In this document: in pieces, positions 31,793-33,000 of the stretch
Position numbering within the stretch: position 1 is the stretch's first letter
Layout of the letters: each line of letters opens with the position of its first letter
Assembly: GCA_051530055.1 (NCBI GenBank)
Contig: CM121341.1
Location: forward strand, 19,167,784-19,200,783
Reading direction: 5' to 3'
DNA from: Neoechinorhynchus agilis
Lineage: Eukaryota > Animalia > Acanthocephala
Length of the DNA: 33,000 nt
Program-made: the position numbers and the translations under genes
The notes under the pieces: generated by a model
The model's database searches: none
What the model was told of the DNA's origin: nothing
Seen by the model: the letters and a program-made list of their open reading frames with translations, nothing else

Positions 31793-32626
31793 TCAATCAA
31801 TACGCCGCTTAAAAGCTCTTTCAAGGGCGTCAACAGTCATGTCCTCATCCTTTATTTTGCACTCATAGTTATCAAGTCCATGAAAGTATTTGACATGATC
31901 TCTCAGCTTTGCCTCAATTGTAAAGTTTTTGACACATAAGGGACATTTTTCTGGTTTCATACCTAAAATCAGCATGAAAATTTTAAGAGCTATTTAAAAG
32001 CAAAATTTACCAAGATGTCGCATAAGATGATTTCGGTACAGATTCGCATTCCCATATTTTTTTCCGCAGGAGCATTTATAGGGGTGCTGACCCGAATGAG
32101 AATATTGGTGACATTTCAGTTCAGAAGGAGTAGAGAACGTTTTGCCACAATTCCCGCATTTGTGCGGTTTATTTTCTTTATGAGTCAGTTGGTGATAGTA
32201 AAGATTGCTTCCTGCTGTAAAAGTCTTCCCACAAACTTCGCATTTGCACGGTCGTATACCGTTGTGAATTCGAACGTGAGTATTTACAGAACTAGAAGTA
32301 GAAAACGCCCTACCGCAGATGGCACATTCAAACGGCTTCAATCCTAGACAAAACGGAATAAAAATATAAATATATAAAGGTAAGTGCATACCTGTATGAG
32401 TTCGTAGATGCCGTAGCATTAAAGAAGGTCTATCAAACGCTTTGCCACAATATATGCAACTTCGATCTTTTGATATTGTTCCCACATTTGAAACATCAAC
32501 GATTGTAAGGGAGTTGAGGCTTGCTGGTTTAGTCCAATTAACTTGCTCAGCAAGCGTTTTGGGAGAATTTTCTCGTATCTCCAAAATTTCATCGATCATG
32601 AACGTTGAATACTTTCTTTTGGTCAT
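31793..32626 (-). CDS. C2H2 zinc-finger transcription factor (six fingers) with an N-terminal eh1-like motif; frame open upstream to 32722
   Basis: FMIDEIL (32582-32602) and six fingers with TGxKP-type linkers. Two 48-nt GT-AG introns at 32344-32391 and 31963-32010 each split an H(T/L)G linker codon. Confidence 0.88.
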
Positions 32627-33000
32627 TGTACGCACTTTGGTAGCTTTCTGCAAACACAGTGTACTATAGTTCCTTGCATGCTCAAAGAAATCTAAGGGTC
32701 TCTTACTGATTTTGGCCTTCAACCAATAAGAATGCAGGAAACGTAATTAAGAAAATTAACACTTATTTGCCACTCAAGGGAATTTGACCTTCGTCTACTT
32801 CGACGTACAATATTATCAGTTACAAATTACTTTCACGTAATCCAACCCTTGAACATATAATTAATTTCTTTGACAACGAGAGTGATATTCCCTAAGGGAG
32901 ACGGTTTTGACCTAAGCATCCAGTACAAATATACAATGCTTTGTCTCCCTGGAGAAGGATATAATAAAAAGATTGAGAAATTATGCAATCGACATTTCTA

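Overview
This is an AT-rich, gene-dense eukaryotic nuclear window. It is very likely from a fast-evolving invertebrate animal, judged from FUT8, a Notch-type ankyrin domain, ShKT and Ly6/three-finger-like proteins; the species cannot be identified. Recognisable genes are a VPS9/ANKRD27-like gene, NEP1/EMG1, FUT8, FANCI with an intronless SET/TAF-I gene nested antisense inside it, EXOC5/Sec10, V-ATPase subunit d, an atypical calpain, a Notch-like TM-ankyrin ORF and a six-finger C2H2 factor. The window also holds decayed CRE-like and RTE-like non-LTR retrotransposon pieces and two tandem repeats (about 393 bp and about 200 bp). The main observation is that the genes carry two intron classes. One is ordinary short GT-AG introns (48-57 nt). 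The other is about a dozen interruptions of 38-1101 nt that sit at gaps in conserved protein motifs, lack GT-AG ends at the homology-predicted junction, and are bounded by imperfect terminal inverted repeats, often with a 3-nt in-frame direct repeat (TTA, CTA, ATC). The arms differ in sequence from intron to intron but always pair. This suggests a structure-guided, non-canonical excision system (RNA splicing or DNA excision). The strongest cases are in V-ATPase d and FUT8. Several others have weaker GT-AG alternatives, which are stated. All homology calls are from recalled protein motifs; no database search was run.
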